Below the pieces are notes generated by a model. It had not been told where the DNA came from and ran no database searches. It saw only the letters and a list, made by a program, of their open reading frames with translations. The position numbers and the translations under genes were made by a program. Shown piece by piece: positions 29,439-40,997 of a DNA stretch of 64,000 nucleotides. The stretch is from Ignavibacteriota bacterium (lineage in GTDB: Bacteria > Bacteroidota > Ignavibacteria > Palsa-1295), in NCBI GenBank assembly GCA_963787835.1, contig CAWBEI010000006.1, positions 64,001 to 128,000 of the forward strand, in the 5' to 3' direction. Within the stretch, counting starts at the first letter, position 1; the number at the start of each line of letters is the position of its first letter.

Positions 29439-30146
29439 ATGGTGCCACGTTCGATTTTAATCCAGTCATTACTTTTAATTCCACTTCTGGGAATGTGGGG
29501 ATGCTATGATCATTATAGCACTGAGCCGTATGGTTATTACGCAACGCAACACGTTTATTCTGCAACACTGCAGAGCGTGTTAGAATACGATTCTACAAGC
29601 ACCACTTTTCAATCATCAGCGTATCTGGACTCTCCGGGATTCGCGTCAGATAGCGGGTGGAGTGTTACACTTAATGCCATCCCCCTGGAATTCAATTCGG
29701 CAAGTAACTATTATTCATCGGATTCTCTGCCTCCGGTTGCGAATGGTATTTTCAATTGGTCTGTAAGCAAGGGCCGTCGCAGTAATTTGGCAGAGCTTAA
29801 TGTGGCAATAAGGAACCCATCTATTCCAATGAAAATAGCACTGCCTAATGATACAACGGTCATCTCGATAGACTCGGCTATCGTGGTATCATGGAAACCA
29901 GACAGCTCTTCAGAACCAGTACATTGGGAAGTGATCGATTCGGCGGGGCATTTGGGCTATCAATGGCAATCTCGCAACACAGGCTTGGACACCATCTATC
30001 CGTATTTCGGGCAATATCGTCCTTTGGCCGCTGGCCCAGCCAAACTCATAATGTGGCGTGATAATAATTACCAAGGCTACACCGATGAGTTTAATTATCA
30101 GGTGAATGCGGAAACCCAGAGTACGGTGCATTTTAGATTGAAGTAA
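29439..30146 (+). CDS. Hypothetical lipoprotein
   Basis: Hydrophobic N-terminus ending MWG-C; beta-rich. Confidence 0.7.
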   Translation: MVPRSILIQSLLLIPLLGMWGCYDHYSTEPYGYYATQHVYSATLQSVLEYDSTSTTFQSSAYLDSPGFASDSGWSVTLNAIPLEFNSASNYYSSDSLPPVANGIFNWSVSKGRRSNLAELNVAIRNPSIPMKIALPNDTTVISIDSAIVVSWKPDSSSEPVHWEVIDSAGHLGYQWQSRNTGLDTIYPYFGQYRPLAAGPAKLIMWRDNNYQGYTDEFNYQVNAETQSTVHFRLK

Positions 30147-30306
30147 TATCCGAAACTGCCAGGCTCGACGATCAGGTTGCGAAGTTCGTTGTGCCGCCAA
30201 GATAGGCAAAAATAAATCCCCATGGAATGGTAATGCTCTTGAAGTGGTTCGAAGGTGAGCAATTTGGGCTTTCTCTATGTGTTATTCTTAAATAAGAGGT
30301 GGATCT

Positions 30307-31116
30307 ATGAAATCGTTAAGCTGGATTATCCTGGTATTACTCGTTCCGTTTTCAGCGACCGCACAGTCACAGCTTTATTTTCACGCAACGATCGAAATGC
30401 CTGTGACGGGGTGGCACAACCCCGGCTATTGTAGCGACGATAGTTCTCGTCCAATAAATAGCATTACAGTGCAGCTCAACGACTCTCTTTCGCTCGTGGC
30501 AGGAGAAAATCAGGATTCTCTTAAGTCGCCAATGCTGAATTGGGGCCCGAATGGGGTTTGCTCAGGAAATTATACATTTCAATATGACCCGCAAAGTCAT
30601 ACACTTTATAACCTCCAGGTTTCAGCAGCTGGGCATGGCGATATGGATGTTTCGGGATGGTACGATTCGTACAATATCAGTTTTGCCATATCCCTCGACT
30701 CGATTTCGCTTGGTGCAGTCTCAGAATCCAACCGTACCCTTGCTGGCGGTAGTTGGTTGTGCTCATATTCTTCCCATTATTCTTCTATCTTCAACGGTTA
30801 TTCCGGCGGGGACAATGCGAGTGGTCAAGGGCAGACCACACTCGTGACCCCAACTGCGAGTACTGCGGGTGTTAAGGTTTCTACAGGAGTTCCTTCGTCT
30901 AGTGTCCAGATTACTTACCTCACTAATGGTGCGGTAGAAATTGAACGTAGCTCGAGTAATCCCTCGGAGGCCGTCGAAATATTCGACGCTCTTGGCCATG
31001 TGGCCCTCCGCACAAACATGAATGGGAATGTAGCTCAAATTTCGAATCTCATTCCCGGTCTCTACTTCGCCCACATTGGCGAGCAGGTGGCAAAGTTCAT
31101 TGTGTCGCCTCGGTAA
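30307..31116 (+). CDS. Secreted protein with T9SS type-A C-terminal domain
   Basis: Signal peptide ATA-Q; C-terminal EIFDALGH...PGLYFAHIG. Confidence 0.8.
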   Translation: MKSLSWIILVLLVPFSATAQSQLYFHATIEMPVTGWHNPGYCSDDSSRPINSITVQLNDSLSLVAGENQDSLKSPMLNWGPNGVCSGNYTFQYDPQSHTLYNLQVSAAGHGDMDVSGWYDSYNISFAISLDSISLGAVSESNRTLAGGSWLCSYSSHYSSIFNGYSGGDNASGQGQTTLVTPTASTAGVKVSTGVPSSSVQITYLTNGAVEIERSSSNPSEAVEIFDALGHVALRTNMNGNVAQISNLIPGLYFAHIGEQVAKFIVSPR

Positions 31117-31144
31117 TATTTAGTCCAACACCTCCCATTCTTCG

Positions 31145-31152
31145 TAATTTTG
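31145..31152 (+). promoter_or_regulatory. Bacteroidota-type -7 promoter element for the efp-acc operon
   Basis: TTCG-TAATTTTG-CA matches TAnnTTTG; the same context recurs upstream of osmC. Confidence 0.5.
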
Positions 31153-31307
31153 CAGGCGGTTCAGGAACGTCCTGAGAATCGGCCTGTTTTCCGTGCGTTC
31201 TATCCACCCCCGCATCGTCGGCGATGCCCCCACCTTAGAAAGGCGGGGGAATAATAACGGGGTAGAATCAGCGAAATCTGCAAAAATAAGCGATAAATTA
31301 GGTTTTA

Positions 31308-31874
31308 ATGGCAACTACGAATGATTTTCGGGTAGGCGCAGTGCTCCGTATGGACGGCGAACTTTACCAGATCGAAGAATATGTGCACCGTACACCCGGC
31401 AACTTGCGCGCCTTTGTGCAAGCTAAAATGCGCAACATGAAAACACTCAACCTCAAGGAAGTACGCTTCCGATCAGGGGAAGAGGTAGAGATGATCCGGA
31501 TGGAGAAAAAGCCGATGCAATTTCTCTATCGCGATGGCACCGATTTCGTCTTTATGGATAACGAAACCTACGAGCAGATCAATGTGCCGGAAAAGCAGGT
31601 TGGTTTGGGAGCGAAATTCTTGAAGGAATCCGACAATTGCGATATTCTATTCGCAGAAGATGGCACGATTGTTACGATCGAGCCGCCCAACTTTGCTATT
31701 CTCCAAATTTCAAGAACAGATCCGGGACTCAAGGGCGATACCGCGACGGGCGCTACAAAACCAGCTACGCTCGAGACCGGCGCAATCATCAATGTGCCAC
31801 TGTTTCTTAATGAGGGCGATAAAGTCCGTGTCGATACGAGAACAGGAATGTATTTGGATCGTGTAAAAGCATAA
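31308..31874 (+). CDS. efp: Elongation factor P
   Basis: TPGNLRAFV, QFLY.DG, FMDNETYEQ, PGLKGDTA, KPATLETG and VPLF motifs. Confidence 0.97.
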   Translation: MATTNDFRVGAVLRMDGELYQIEEYVHRTPGNLRAFVQAKMRNMKTLNLKEVRFRSGEEVEMIRMEKKPMQFLYRDGTDFVFMDNETYEQINVPEKQVGLGAKFLKESDNCDILFAEDGTIVTIEPPNFAILQISRTDPGLKGDTATGATKPATLETGAIINVPLFLNEGDKVRVDTRTGMYLDRVKA

Positions 31875-31880
31875 AATAAG

Positions 31881-32333
31881 ATGGATCTATCTTACTTAGA
31901 ACAACTCATAAAACTCTTCGAATCGAGCACCCTGACCGAGCTTGAGATCGACGAGGAAGGCTCGCGCGTTACTTTAGGGCGCGCGAAGGAGCAGCAGGCG
32001 ATGTTCATGCCGCAAATGGGCTATCAAATGCCACAACAGCAAGCCGCGCCAGCCCCCAGCGCAGCTCCAGTTGCAGAAGCTCCTTCTGTCAAAACGCACG
32101 AGGTAAAATCACCGATCGTTGGCACGCTCTATCGCGCACCTGCGCCAGATGCTGATCCTTATGTGCAGGTAGGCCAGCAAGTTGAAAACGGCACGACACT
32201 CTGCATCATAGAAGCCATGAAGCTGATGAACGAGATCGAAAGCGATGCCGCAGGAAAGATCATCAAGATCTTGGTCGAGAATGGCCAGCCTGTCGAATAC
32301 GGTCAGCCCTTGTTTTTATTAGAAATTGAATAA
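31881..32333 (+). CDS. accB: Acetyl-CoA carboxylase biotin carboxyl carrier protein
   Basis: SPIVGT, IIEAMKLMNEI and VEYGQPLF motifs. Confidence 0.97.
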   Translation: MDLSYLEQLIKLFESSTLTELEIDEEGSRVTLGRAKEQQAMFMPQMGYQMPQQQAAPAPSAAPVAEAPSVKTHEVKSPIVGTLYRAPAPDADPYVQVGQQVENGTTLCIIEAMKLMNEIESDAAGKIIKILVENGQPVEYGQPLFLLEIE

Positions 32334-32350
32334 TCTAATTTTGTAGTACT

Positions 32351-32476
32351 GTCATTGCGAGGAAGAATTGTCGAGCGGAGCGAGACAATTTTGACGAAGC
32401 AATCCGTTCTCGATAAACCCACGGATTGCTTCGTCGAAATGCTCCGCTATCGCTTCGCATTCCTCCTCGCAATGAC
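32351..32476. repeat. GTCATTGCGAG-type palindromic element
   Basis: Termini GTCATTGCGAGGA/TCCTCGCAATGAC; internal perfect 15-bp stem GACGAAGCAATCCGT/ACGGATTGCTTCGTC plus side hairpins. Confidence 0.85.
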
Positions 32477-32486
32477 GGTCTAAATT

Positions 32487-33842
32487 ATGTTTCATAAGAT
32501 TCTCATAGCCAATCGCGGCGAGATCGCGCTTCGCATCATCCGCACCTGCCGCGAGATGGGCATTAAAACAGTTGCGGTTTACTCCGAAGCCGACCGTCAC
32601 TCCCTGCACGTTCGCTTCGCAGATGAAGCAGTCTGTATTGGCCCTCCGCCTGGAAAAGAGAGCTATCTCAATATTCCCCGCATCATAAGTGCTGCGCATC
32701 TCACGGGCGCGGAGGCAATTCATCCCGGTTATGGCTTCCTTGCTGAAAATGCGGAATTCTCAGATATTTGCGATGCATCTGGTTTTACCTTCATCGGCCC
32801 AAAACCTGAAATGATCGAAGCGATGGGGGATAAAGCCCACGCTAAAGAGACGATGAAAGCTGCCGGCGTCCCAGTCGTTATGGGTTCCGATGGCGTTATA
32901 AACAACCTTGACGAAGCCCGGCAAGTTGCTGAAACCATTGGACTTCCGGTTATCATAAAAGCGGTTGCGGGTGGTGGTGGCCGCGGCATGCGTATCGTTC
33001 ACAACATCGAAGAGCTTGAACAGCAGGTCTCAATGGCACAAACCGAAGCTGCCGCCGCATTCAATAATGGTGACGTTTATATTGAAAAATACATTGATAA
33101 ACCACGCCACATAGAGATTCAGGTTTTTGGTGACACGAACGGGACAGTCGTGCATTACAATGAGCGCGAATGCTCGATTCAACGCCGTCATCAAAAGCTG
33201 GTAGAGGAATCGCCATCGCCAGTCGTTTCTGAGGAAATCCGTAACGCAATGGGCGCTGCAGCAGTAAAAGGCGCTGCGAGCGTCGGATATGTCGGAGCAG
33301 GCACGATCGAATTCCTGCTCGACAAGGATAACAATTTCTACTTCATGGAGATGAACACTCGCATTCAGGTCGAGCATCCTGTAACCGAGCAGGTGATCGG
33401 CCTCGATCTGATTCGTCAGCAGATCCATGTTGCAGCGGGTGGCAAAATTTCCAAGCGCCCTCGCCGTCCTGAAGGCCACGCGATCGAATGCCGCATCAAT
33501 GCCGAAGACCCTGAGAAAGATTTTCGTCCGTCGCCGGGTACGATAACAAGTTTTCATGCTCCGGGGGGGTATGGTGTTCGGCTCGATTCCCATGTGTATG
33601 CCGGATATCAGATCCCGCCCTATTACGACTCGCTGGTTGGTAAGATCATTGCGTTCGGCGGCGATCGTGCTGAAGCCATAGACAGAATGCAATCATGCTT
33701 GGATGAAATGATCGTAGAGGGTATTAAAACGACGATCCCATTTCACCGAGCACTCATGCGCAACGACCGTTTCCGCGCCGGCGATTTCGATACCCATTTC
33801 CTCGAAAGTTTTGATTGGCGCAATCAATCTTCTCACTCTTAA
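32487..33842 (+). CDS. accC: Acetyl-CoA carboxylase biotin carboxylase
   Basis: [33 protein letters not shown] and [10 protein letters not shown] motifs. Confidence 0.97.
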   Translation: MFHKILIANRGEIALRIIRTCREMGIKTVAVYSEADRHSLHVRFADEAVCIGPPPGKESYLNIPRIISAAHLTGAEAIHPGYGFLAENAEFSDICDASGFTFIGPKPEMIEAMGDKAHAKETMKAAGVPVVMGSDGVINNLDEARQVAETIGLPVIIKAVAGGGGRGMRIVHNIEELEQQVSMAQTEAAAAFNNGDVYIEKYIDKPRHIEIQVFGDTNGTVVHYNERECSIQRRHQKLVEESPSPVVSEEIRNAMGAAAVKGAASVGYVGAGTIEFLLDKDNNFYFMEMNTRIQVEHPVTEQVIGLDLIRQQIHVAAGGKISKRPRRPEGHAIECRINAEDPEKDFRPSPGTITSFHAPGGYGVRLDSHVYAGYQIPPYYDSLVGKIIAFGGDRAEAIDRMQSCLDEMIVEGIKTTIPFHRALMRNDRFRAGDFDTHFLESFDWRNQSSHS

Positions 33843-33863
33843 TTTTGTAATCCATATTCTGAA

Positions 33864-34241
33864 ATGACTTTCCCATCCGACCTTAAATACACCAAAGACC
33901 ACGAGTGGCTTCGCATCGAAGGCACGACCGGCACCATCGGCGTCACCGATTTCGCGCAAGGCGAGCTTGGTGATGTTATCTATCTCGATCTCAAAGAGGG
34001 CATCACCGCAAATGCCCACGAATCACTCGGCACCATCGAAGCCGTAAAGACAGTCAGTGATCTTTTTACTCCCGTGAGCGGTAAAGTCCTCGAAGTGCAT
34101 TCAGCTCTGAACGACACGCCGGAAACCGTGAATAAAGACCCCTATGGCGAAGGATGGCTCGTGAAGCTCGAACTTTCAAATTTGAAAGAAGCTGAAACTT
34201 TGCTTTCGGCAGATGAGTATAAGAAGCTGATCGGTCAGTAA
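33864..34241 (+). CDS. gcvH: Glycine cleavage system H protein
   Basis: YTKDHEW, IEAVKT lipoyl-lysine and DPYGEGW motifs. Confidence 0.97.
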   Translation: MTFPSDLKYTKDHEWLRIEGTTGTIGVTDFAQGELGDVIYLDLKEGITANAHESLGTIEAVKTVSDLFTPVSGKVLEVHSALNDTPETVNKDPYGEGWLVKLELSNLKEAETLLSADEYKKLIGQ

Positions 34242-34259
34242 AAGTCAAAGAGAATTTAG

Positions 34260-34302
34260 AAGTGCTGGGAGAAGATCCCAGCACTTTTAGTTTTTTTTTT
34301 TG
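34260..34302 (+). terminator. Intrinsic terminator
   Basis: AAGTGCTGGGA-GAAGA-TCCCAGCACTT followed by T-runs. Confidence 0.8.
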
Positions 34303-34307
34303 AACTT

Positions 34308-35855
34308 ATGGCACACACCGGCGATAGCGTCCTCATTCTCGATTTCGGTTCTCAATACACGCAGCTCATTGCCCGCCGTGTCCGCGAGCTTGGGGTGTAT
34401 GCTGAGATATTCCCTTGTAATGCCCCCATCGCGCAGATCGAAGCATTCGATCCAAGCGCAATCATTCTGAGTGGTAGTCCATATAGCGTGTATGCGTCAG
34501 ATGCTCCGCGCTGTGCTCCTGAGGTTTTTAAATTAGGCAAACCTATTCTTGGATTGTGTTATGGCTTGCAACTCATCGCTCATGAAATGGGTGGGGTGGT
34601 CGATAAAAGCGCAAGAAGGGAATATGGCCGCGCTGAAATAATTATCGAAGATAAGAACGCAAAGCTCTTCAAGGATTTTCCTGCTCACGAAAATGTCTGG
34701 ATGTCGCATGGGGATTCACTAAGCAAAATTCCTGCGGGATTTCACGTCACAGCGAGAAGCGCAAATGCGCCATTTGCTGGAATAGCGAATTCGGATGAAT
34801 CCATTGTGGGAATTCAATTTCATCCCGAAGTTGTCCATACCGAAGGCGGCACTCAAATTTTATCGAATTTTCTTTTCGAGATAGCCCATGTTGTAGCCGA
34901 CTGGAATCCCAGCGATTTCATCGAAGCAACCGTTGCAGAGATCAAAGAAAAAGCGGCTGGTGAAACGGTCATTTGTGCGCTTTCAGGAGGTGTAGATTCA
35001 GCCGTTGCTGCTGTATTGGTCCATCGCGCAGTGGGTAAGCAACTAAAGTGCATTCATGTCGATAATGGCCTCATGCGCCGCGGCGAAAGCGCGGAAGTCG
35101 TGCATACCTTTCGCGATCATTTCGGGATCGATCTTGATTTTCGAGATGCCTCCGATCTTTTCTTAGATCGTCTTGCAGGCATAACTGATCCCGAAGAAAA
35201 ACGGAAAATTATCGGTAAAGCGTTTATCGATGTGCTTGCTGAAGAAGCGGAGAAATTCAGAGGAGCGAAATTTCTCGTACAAGGGACTATCTATCCCGAT
35301 GTGATCGAATCGCTATCCTTCAAAGGCCCGTCTGCGACGATCAAATCGCATCATAATGTCGGTGGCTTGCCGGAAAAGATGCATTTGAAGCTAATCGAGC
35401 CATTGCGAGAATTATTCAAGGATGAAGTTCGCAATGTAGGCCGCGCTTTGGGAATTCCCGAGCATTTTATCGACCGTCATCCATTTCCCGGCCCCGGTCT
35501 AGCTATTCGAGTAATTGGTAATATTACTCGTCAGAAACTCGAGCTGCTCCGATCCGCCGACGCAATTTTTATCGAAGAGCTTCACGCATGGAAGCTTTAT
35601 CAAGAAACGTGGCAGGCTTTTGCCGTTGTGCTGCCAGTGCAGACGGTTGGGGTTATGGGGGATGAACGCACCTACGAAAACGTCGTTGCGTTACGAGCTG
35701 TAACCAGCGTCGATGGCATGACCGCCGATTGGGCGCATCTTCCACATGAATTCCTTGCTCATGTTTCAAACCGTATCGCGAATGAAGTCCGTGGTTTGAG
35801 CAGGGTGGTTTATGACATTAGCTCAAAACCGCCTGCAACGATCGAGTGGGAGTAG
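34308..35855 (+). CDS. guaA: GMP synthase (glutamine-hydrolysing)
   Basis: [28 protein letters not shown] and KPPATIEWE motifs. Confidence 0.98.
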   Translation: MAHTGDSVLILDFGSQYTQLIARRVRELGVYAEIFPCNAPIAQIEAFDPSAIILSGSPYSVYASDAPRCAPEVFKLGKPILGLCYGLQLIAHEMGGVVDKSARREYGRAEIIIEDKNAKLFKDFPAHENVWMSHGDSLSKIPAGFHVTARSANAPFAGIANSDESIVGIQFHPEVVHTEGGTQILSNFLFEIAHVVADWNPSDFIEATVAEIKEKAAGETVICALSGGVDSAVAAVLVHRAVGKQLKCIHVDNGLMRRGESAEVVHTFRDHFGIDLDFRDASDLFLDRLAGITDPEEKRKIIGKAFIDVLAEEAEKFRGAKFLVQGTIYPDVIESLSFKGPSATIKSHHNVGGLPEKMHLKLIEPLRELFKDEVRNVGRALGIPEHFIDRHPFPGPGLAIRVIGNITRQKLELLRSADAIFIEELHAWKLYQETWQAFAVVLPVQTVGVMGDERTYENVVALRAVTSVDGMTADWAHLPHEFLAHVSNRIANEVRGLSRVVYDISSKPPATIEWE

Positions 35856-35890
35856 CGCATTTTTTCTGGCACTCGCGGGTTTACTTAATC

Positions 35891-36460
35891 ATGCTCCGCA
35901 CATTACTCGCTCTCGTTGGATGCCTCTGCATGATAATATTTTCATCATGCTGTGAGCCTTCTCATAAAGATTCGTCGCCATACATGGTAAACTCCTTATT
36001 TCAGGAAACATATGGCCGCGACCTGGATCTCTACAATTCCAATGGACCGGTTGTTGACTCTGCGTATTATCCGATCTACACGTTCGCCATTCAAAATACC
36101 GGAACAGCCAGTGACAATTTTACACTTCAACTCCTGAGGCAGACCGCACAAGGGACCGTTGGATATAGCATTACAAAGTTCGTTCCTGCCGGAGCAGTGG
36201 TGCTGTTCCAATCTCCGCTCGCGACCCCGGACTCGAATACGCAAAACGCAACCTATTCGTATTTCGGATTTCAGGATACTTTGCCGAACATTGATGAGAT
36301 CTATTACGGGGAATCCTTTCAATCTGTGGATTCCGCAGAGATACATGCGATGCAACCCTCTCTTTCGATCATTTATGGCGCGATCGACAATGGCCCCGAA
36401 GGCTGCAACACACCTGCAAGTACGATGAGCCTGTATGTCGATAGCCTGCCTATTCGGTAA
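35891..36460 (+). CDS. Hypothetical lipoprotein
   Basis: MLRTLLALVGCLCMIIFSS-C lipobox-like N-terminus. Confidence 0.7.
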   Translation: MLRTLLALVGCLCMIIFSSCCEPSHKDSSPYMVNSLFQETYGRDLDLYNSNGPVVDSAYYPIYTFAIQNTGTASDNFTLQLLRQTAQGTVGYSITKFVPAGAVVLFQSPLATPDSNTQNATYSYFGFQDTLPNIDEIYYGESFQSVDSAEIHAMQPSLSIIYGAIDNGPEGCNTPASTMSLYVDSLPIR

Positions 36461-36495
36461 ATTTTTCAGAATATATTCATGTTTCTTCTCCTGAA

Positions 36496-37299
36496 ATGAT
36501 GTTACCCCTGAAAAATTATCCCTTTGCTGCAAGGCCGATGATCGTGGCCCACCGCGGCGATACCTCGCTCGGAGCCAAAGCAAATTCGATAGAAGCTATT
36601 GCCTCCGCGCTCGTTTCTGGTGCGGATATGATCGAAGTCGATGTCCAGTGGTCATCGGATGAAGAATTCGTCTGTTATCACGACGAGCAACTCGAAGAGT
36701 CTGGCGACCCTATCTCCGGTACTTCGTACACACTTCTAAAAGAGTTAGGGGTTGCATCGCTGACCGAAGTGTTGATGATCGGTAAGGGAAAAACCTACTT
36801 CAATATTGAAATCAAGGAATATTCGTCGCGCGATCCAAAGCTGTTCATGCACGCATTAGTCCAGTTGCTGACAGAGCTTGGACTTCAGGATGACGTTTTA
36901 CTTTCCTCGTTTCGCCCGGATTATCTTCATGAAGCAGGATGGATGATCCCTACCTGCATCATTCACCCCAGCGAAGCAATGAGGGAATTATTAACTTTTC
37001 GCTCCTTTGCTGAGCCGATCGTTTTTGACCGCCCGTTCGATAAGTATTTGCCATCTGAATTGATGAAGATCGCGCAAGCCACGGGCTATGCCTGCCAAAT
37101 TTCCGAACTTACGCCAGACCGTCTTGCCGATATTGAACGATATAATATTTTTCTTGGTGTTTACACGATTTCAACGGAATTGGAATTCGATCAGGCAGTA
37201 GCTCGGGGCGCAAGAATATTGGTTTGTGAGCACTCTCATAAATTTGCGGCTCTCAGGAACCATAGATTTCCAGCGCTGGAAACGATGCCGCCACTATAG
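36496..37299 (+). CDS. Glycerophosphodiester phosphodiesterase family protein
   Basis: [21 protein letters not shown] and SSF motifs. Confidence 0.88.
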   Translation: MMLPLKNYPFAARPMIVAHRGDTSLGAKANSIEAIASALVSGADMIEVDVQWSSDEEFVCYHDEQLEESGDPISGTSYTLLKELGVASLTEVLMIGKGKTYFNIEIKEYSSRDPKLFMHALVQLLTELGLQDDVLLSSFRPDYLHEAGWMIPTCIIHPSEAMRELLTFRSFAEPIVFDRPFDKYLPSELMKIAQATGYACQISELTPDRLADIERYNIFLGVYTISTELEFDQAVARGARILVCEHSHKFAALRNHRFPALETMPPL

Positions 37300-37313
37300 C
37301 GGTAAATATATCC

Positions 37314-39326
37314 ATGCCTATCATTCGGCTCGCGCAAGAACGATCACCCTATCTCCAGCAGCACGCACACAACCCCGTCGATTGGTATCCGTGGGGTGAA
37401 GAAGCTTTTGCCAAAGCTCGTGAGGGAAACAAGCCGATCTTTCTTTCCATAGGTTACAGCACCTGCCATTGGTGTCATGTCATGGAGCGCGAGAGCTTCG
37501 AATCGGATAGTATTGCCGAGATCCTAAACGCCAACTTTGTTTCGATCAAGGTAGATAGAGAAGAGCGGCCGGATGTCGATGCCGTTTATATGTCAGTGCT
37601 TCAGGGGATGACCGGCTCCGGTGGATGGCCAATGTCCTTATTTCTCACACCGGATCTAAAGCCATTTTTTGCCGGGACCTATTATCCCCCTATTCCGGCC
37701 CACGGACGACCGAGCTTTTCTCAGCTTATCGAGCGCATTCATGACCTATGGATGACCGAACGGGAAGCCCTTGTGAACTCGAGTATCGAGATCACGCAAG
37801 CCCTTTCGAAACCATTCGTCGCTGAGGATGCGAATGAAGCATCTGTAATTTCAAGGGAACTGCTCGATGAAGTTTTTGGACATTTTGTACACATGTTCGA
37901 TCCCATTGAAGGGGGGTTCGGCGGCGCGCCAAAATTCCCAAGACCTGTTCAATTTGATTTCCTTTTTCATTATTATAAGGCATTCGATCATGCTCCTGCG
38001 CTGGACATGGCGCTCGTCACGCTCCGTAAGATGGGGCTCGGAGGTATGCACGATCATTTAGGCGGTGGATTTCACCGGTATTCTGTCGATCGGTATTGGC
38101 GTATCTCTCACTTCGAGAAAATGCTGTATGACCAGGCACAACTTGTTAATTCCTATCTCGATGCGTGGCAGCTCACCCATGATCCGTTTTTTCGGTATGT
38201 TGTTCTGGATATTATTGACTATGTGTTACGCGACATGACGCATCCAAATGGTGGTTTTTTTAGCGCAGAAGATGCTGATTCAGAGGGAGAAGAAGGAAAG
38301 TTCTATGTTTGGACACTTGCCGAGATCGAAGAAGCGCTGGGAAAGAATGCGGAGTCTTTTGCAAAATATTATGGTATAACGCGAGAAGGCAATTTCGAGC
38401 ATGGCAAGAACGTACTTTATGTTGCCGATCCGTCCAACTTGTCCAATACGTCCAGAGCAACCCTTCGTGAGAAGCTTTTTGTAGTCCGGAAACATCGCAT
38501 TCGGCCACTTCGTGACGATAAAATTCTTACCTCATGGAATGGCCTGATGATCGGGGCCATGGCACGAGCCGGAGACGTTCTGAATGAGCAACGATATCTT
38601 ACTGCAGCCATCGCCGCCGGGGAATTTATTTGGAATGATTTACGTCCGAATGGAAATTTGCTGCATCGTTGGCGCGATGGGGACGAGCAATCATCCGCTG
38701 AGGCCCGATTCGATGCCTATTTGGATGACTACGCATTTCTCATTAAGGGGTATCTCGATCTCTATGAAGCAACCTTCGACTCTGTATGGATGGAGCGAGC
38801 CATACTCCTTCAAGAAGAGCAGGACATAACCCTCTACGACCCAGATCATAACGGCTACTTTGACGCCCGGCCTGCCCCTGACCTGATCCTGCGCGCGAAA
38901 AATAGTTACGATGGCGCAGAACCCAGTGGCAATTCTATAAGTGTGTTGAATTTATTCAGGCTTGCGAATCTTACCGAAAATAATAACTATAAGAATCGCG
39001 CCGAAGAAACACTTCGAGCCTTTGCATCAAAAGTGCGCCAATATCCTTATGCAATGCCGGAGCTTATGACGGCAATATTCTGGTCGTTAACGTCGCCGTC
39101 ACAAATTGTTTTTGTGGGGAACGACCTGGATGAGTTCCGGAATGTTGTTAAAGATAGATACTTGCCGGTATCCGTGAAACTTCGCCGGGAGGATTCTCAT
39201 GTTGCTTTTACCCGATCATTACCTGAAAAGAAAGGATTATCTTCGGTATATGTTTGCCAGAATTTCGTCTGTCAATTGCCGGTCACTTCGCCAATCGATC
39301 TGGAAAAGTTACTTAACAAGGCATAA
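37314..39326 (+). CDS. Thioredoxin-domain protein (YyaL/SPATA20 family)
   Basis: [36 protein letters not shown] and DDKILTSWN motifs. Confidence 0.93.
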   Translation: MPIIRLAQERSPYLQQHAHNPVDWYPWGEEAFAKAREGNKPIFLSIGYSTCHWCHVMERESFESDSIAEILNANFVSIKVDREERPDVDAVYMSVLQGMTGSGGWPMSLFLTPDLKPFFAGTYYPPIPAHGRPSFSQLIERIHDLWMTEREALVNSSIEITQALSKPFVAEDANEASVISRELLDEVFGHFVHMFDPIEGGFGGAPKFPRPVQFDFLFHYYKAFDHAPALDMALVTLRKMGLGGMHDHLGGGFHRYSVDRYWRISHFEKMLYDQAQLVNSYLDAWQLTHDPFFRYVVLDIIDYVLRDMTHPNGGFFSAEDADSEGEEGKFYVWTLAEIEEALGKNAESFAKYYGITREGNFEHGKNVLYVADPSNLSNTSRATLREKLFVVRKHRIRPLRDDKILTSWNGLMIGAMARAGDVLNEQRYLTAAIAAGEFIWNDLRPNGNLLHRWRDGDEQSSAEARFDAYLDDYAFLIKGYLDLYEATFDSVWMERAILLQEEQDITLYDPDHNGYFDARPAPDLILRAKNSYDGAEPSGNSISVLNLFRLANLTENNNYKNRAEETLRAFASKVRQYPYAMPELMTAIFWSLTSPSQIVFVGNDLDEFRNVVKDRYLPVSVKLRREDSHVAFTRSLPEKKGLSSVYVCQNFVCQLPVTSPIDLEKLLNKA

Positions 39327-39335
39327 TTTAGAGAG

Positions 39336-40991
39336 TCACTTTGAGTGAATGTAATAGAGTCTGAGAGTGTCAAGTCCCTGTTTCATGAGAATGCTTAGAT
39401 CGGCATTATAGCTTCGTCCATCATCGTAAAACAATCCTAACGCTGAATCGCGGACTACGCCAATGGAATCAATAACATGAGGAAGCAGTGCTCTACCTGG
39501 TTCGAATGGGGTTCCTACCGTGCTGGAACGGAGGATGACATAATCAATGCTGTTAGCGTAGAGTTTGTCAACTAATTGCGTTCGATCCGCGGGCGGCTGA
39601 AACATATCAAGCGTGAGAACTTCACGCGAAGTATCGACCAGTGCACGGTCAAGTCCAGCAACATCAACAAGGATCCTGCTTTTACGAGGCGCACTGACGG
39701 CAGCCTCATTCAGCAACCGAGTGATCGCCAGTTGTTGATCGTGAGCAATGGCATTCCCGAGCGTTGCATTCGGTATAGCATGAGATATTCCAAGTGATAT
39801 TCCGAACACCATGCTAACGACTGGGGTCCATTGTCCGAAGGAACGTTTGGAAAATAGCTTGCCCCAAATATCGAAGGCGATCATGCTCCCTATCACAAGA
39901 AGCGGCACAATGTGGAAAAGATAATATGGACGGCTCCCTTCTAAAAGAAGCCAACTTAATGTGCATAGTACGGTGCATCCAAGCCAAAATCTCTGATTTG
40001 GTGAGTGTGTAACTTGAACATTTTTTTCTTGTTTACCATGTTTGCGATTTCGAATGATGTAAGTCAGCATTAACAAAGCTGCAATAGGAAGCACAACAAG
40101 CATTCCCGGCAGGTCTGCTTTGAACAAAACGATACGTTCCTGAAGATTGGAGAGCTGAACGTTCCTGGAAAATGGGCGAAGAATGGGAACTTCATTCAAA
40201 ACAAAGCTAAATATCCCGGCTTTTCCCCCACGGCCAAACAGCGAGAACTCGCCAGATCCGACGAAATATAAAACGACAAGAATGGCGACGGCAATCATAA
40301 ACCCCGCCAGCCAAGAAAAAAGGGCAGCGGGGCGCTTCCAGATGGAATGAGCAAAGAGGAATACAATGGTGCCCCCAGCCCCAAGTGTCAGCAAATGCGG
40401 AGAGAAACAAACAATAAAGATACCCAAAGCACCGGCAAGTCGCATTTGGAGCGCATTTGCGATGTTTACTTTAGAAAGATAATAGCAGTACCATAAGAGT
40501 ACCAGCCCCGTCAGAATATCATATCGTGCGGAGTGTGAAGCCCAAACGAAGCCCTGTGAAAGGACCATAAACATCACACCCAACGCACATACCAAGGGCG
40601 AAACTCGCAAAGAACGAGAAATAAAATAAAGGCTCCCAATCAATAGGAGGGAAAGCAGAGCCGTGACACTTCTTCCAATAGAAGCAAAATCAAAATGTGG
40701 ATAAAACACAATGCCGGGAACGCCATAGATCAGAGCATTCCCCCACATGCTACCTGCGAGCACACCATTCGTTCGAATAGCACCACCGAAGGATTCCGGA
40801 TACTGAAGCGTCCCATGCTGAATCTGGTTCACGAATTCTCTCATGAGCCACGTTTCATCGCCGCCCCAGCGGACGGAATCGTAAACGGGTACCGTATCCA
40901 GCGTATGAAGCTGGACTGCAAAGACCACAACGGAAATGATCAGCAGTGTATAGGCCGCGATGGATCGGGGATCAAGGGTGCGAGAACGCAT
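39336..40991 (-). CDS. GT-C (ArnT/PMT-like) membrane glycosyltransferase-like protein
   Basis: WGGDE in the first loop, ARYD and RPYYL motifs; about 11-12 TM helices. Confidence 0.65.
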   Translation of the reverse strand: MRSRTLDPRSIAAYTLLIISVVVFAVQLHTLDTVPVYDSVRWGGDETWLMREFVNQIQHGTLQYPESFGGAIRTNGVLAGSMWGNALIYGVPGIVFYPHFDFASIGRSVTALLSLLLIGSLYFISRSLRVSPLVCALGVMFMVLSQGFVWASHSARYDILTGLVLLWYCYYLSKVNIANALQMRLAGALGIFIVCFSPHLLTLGAGGTIVFLFAHSIWKRPAALFSWLAGFMIAVAILVVLYFVGSGEFSLFGRGGKAGIFSFVLNEVPILRPFSRNVQLSNLQERIVLFKADLPGMLVVLPIAALLMLTYIIRNRKHGKQEKNVQVTHSPNQRFWLGCTVLCTLSWLLLEGSRPYYLFHIVPLLVIGSMIAFDIWGKLFSKRSFGQWTPVVSMVFGISLGISHAIPNATLGNAIAHDQQLAITRLLNEAAVSAPRKSRILVDVAGLDRALVDTSREVLTLDMFQPPADRTQLVDKLYANSIDYVILRSSTVGTPFEPGRALLPHVIDSIGVVRDSALGLFYDDGRSYNADLSILMKQGLDTLRLYYIHSK

Positions 40992-40997
40992 CCCCGA

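Noticed and set aside
32352-32723. 123-aa minus-strand ORF
   Set aside because: It is antisense accC plus the palindromic repeat.
34291-34301. T11 run before guaA as a phase-variation tract
   Set aside because: Non-coding and explained as a terminator tail.
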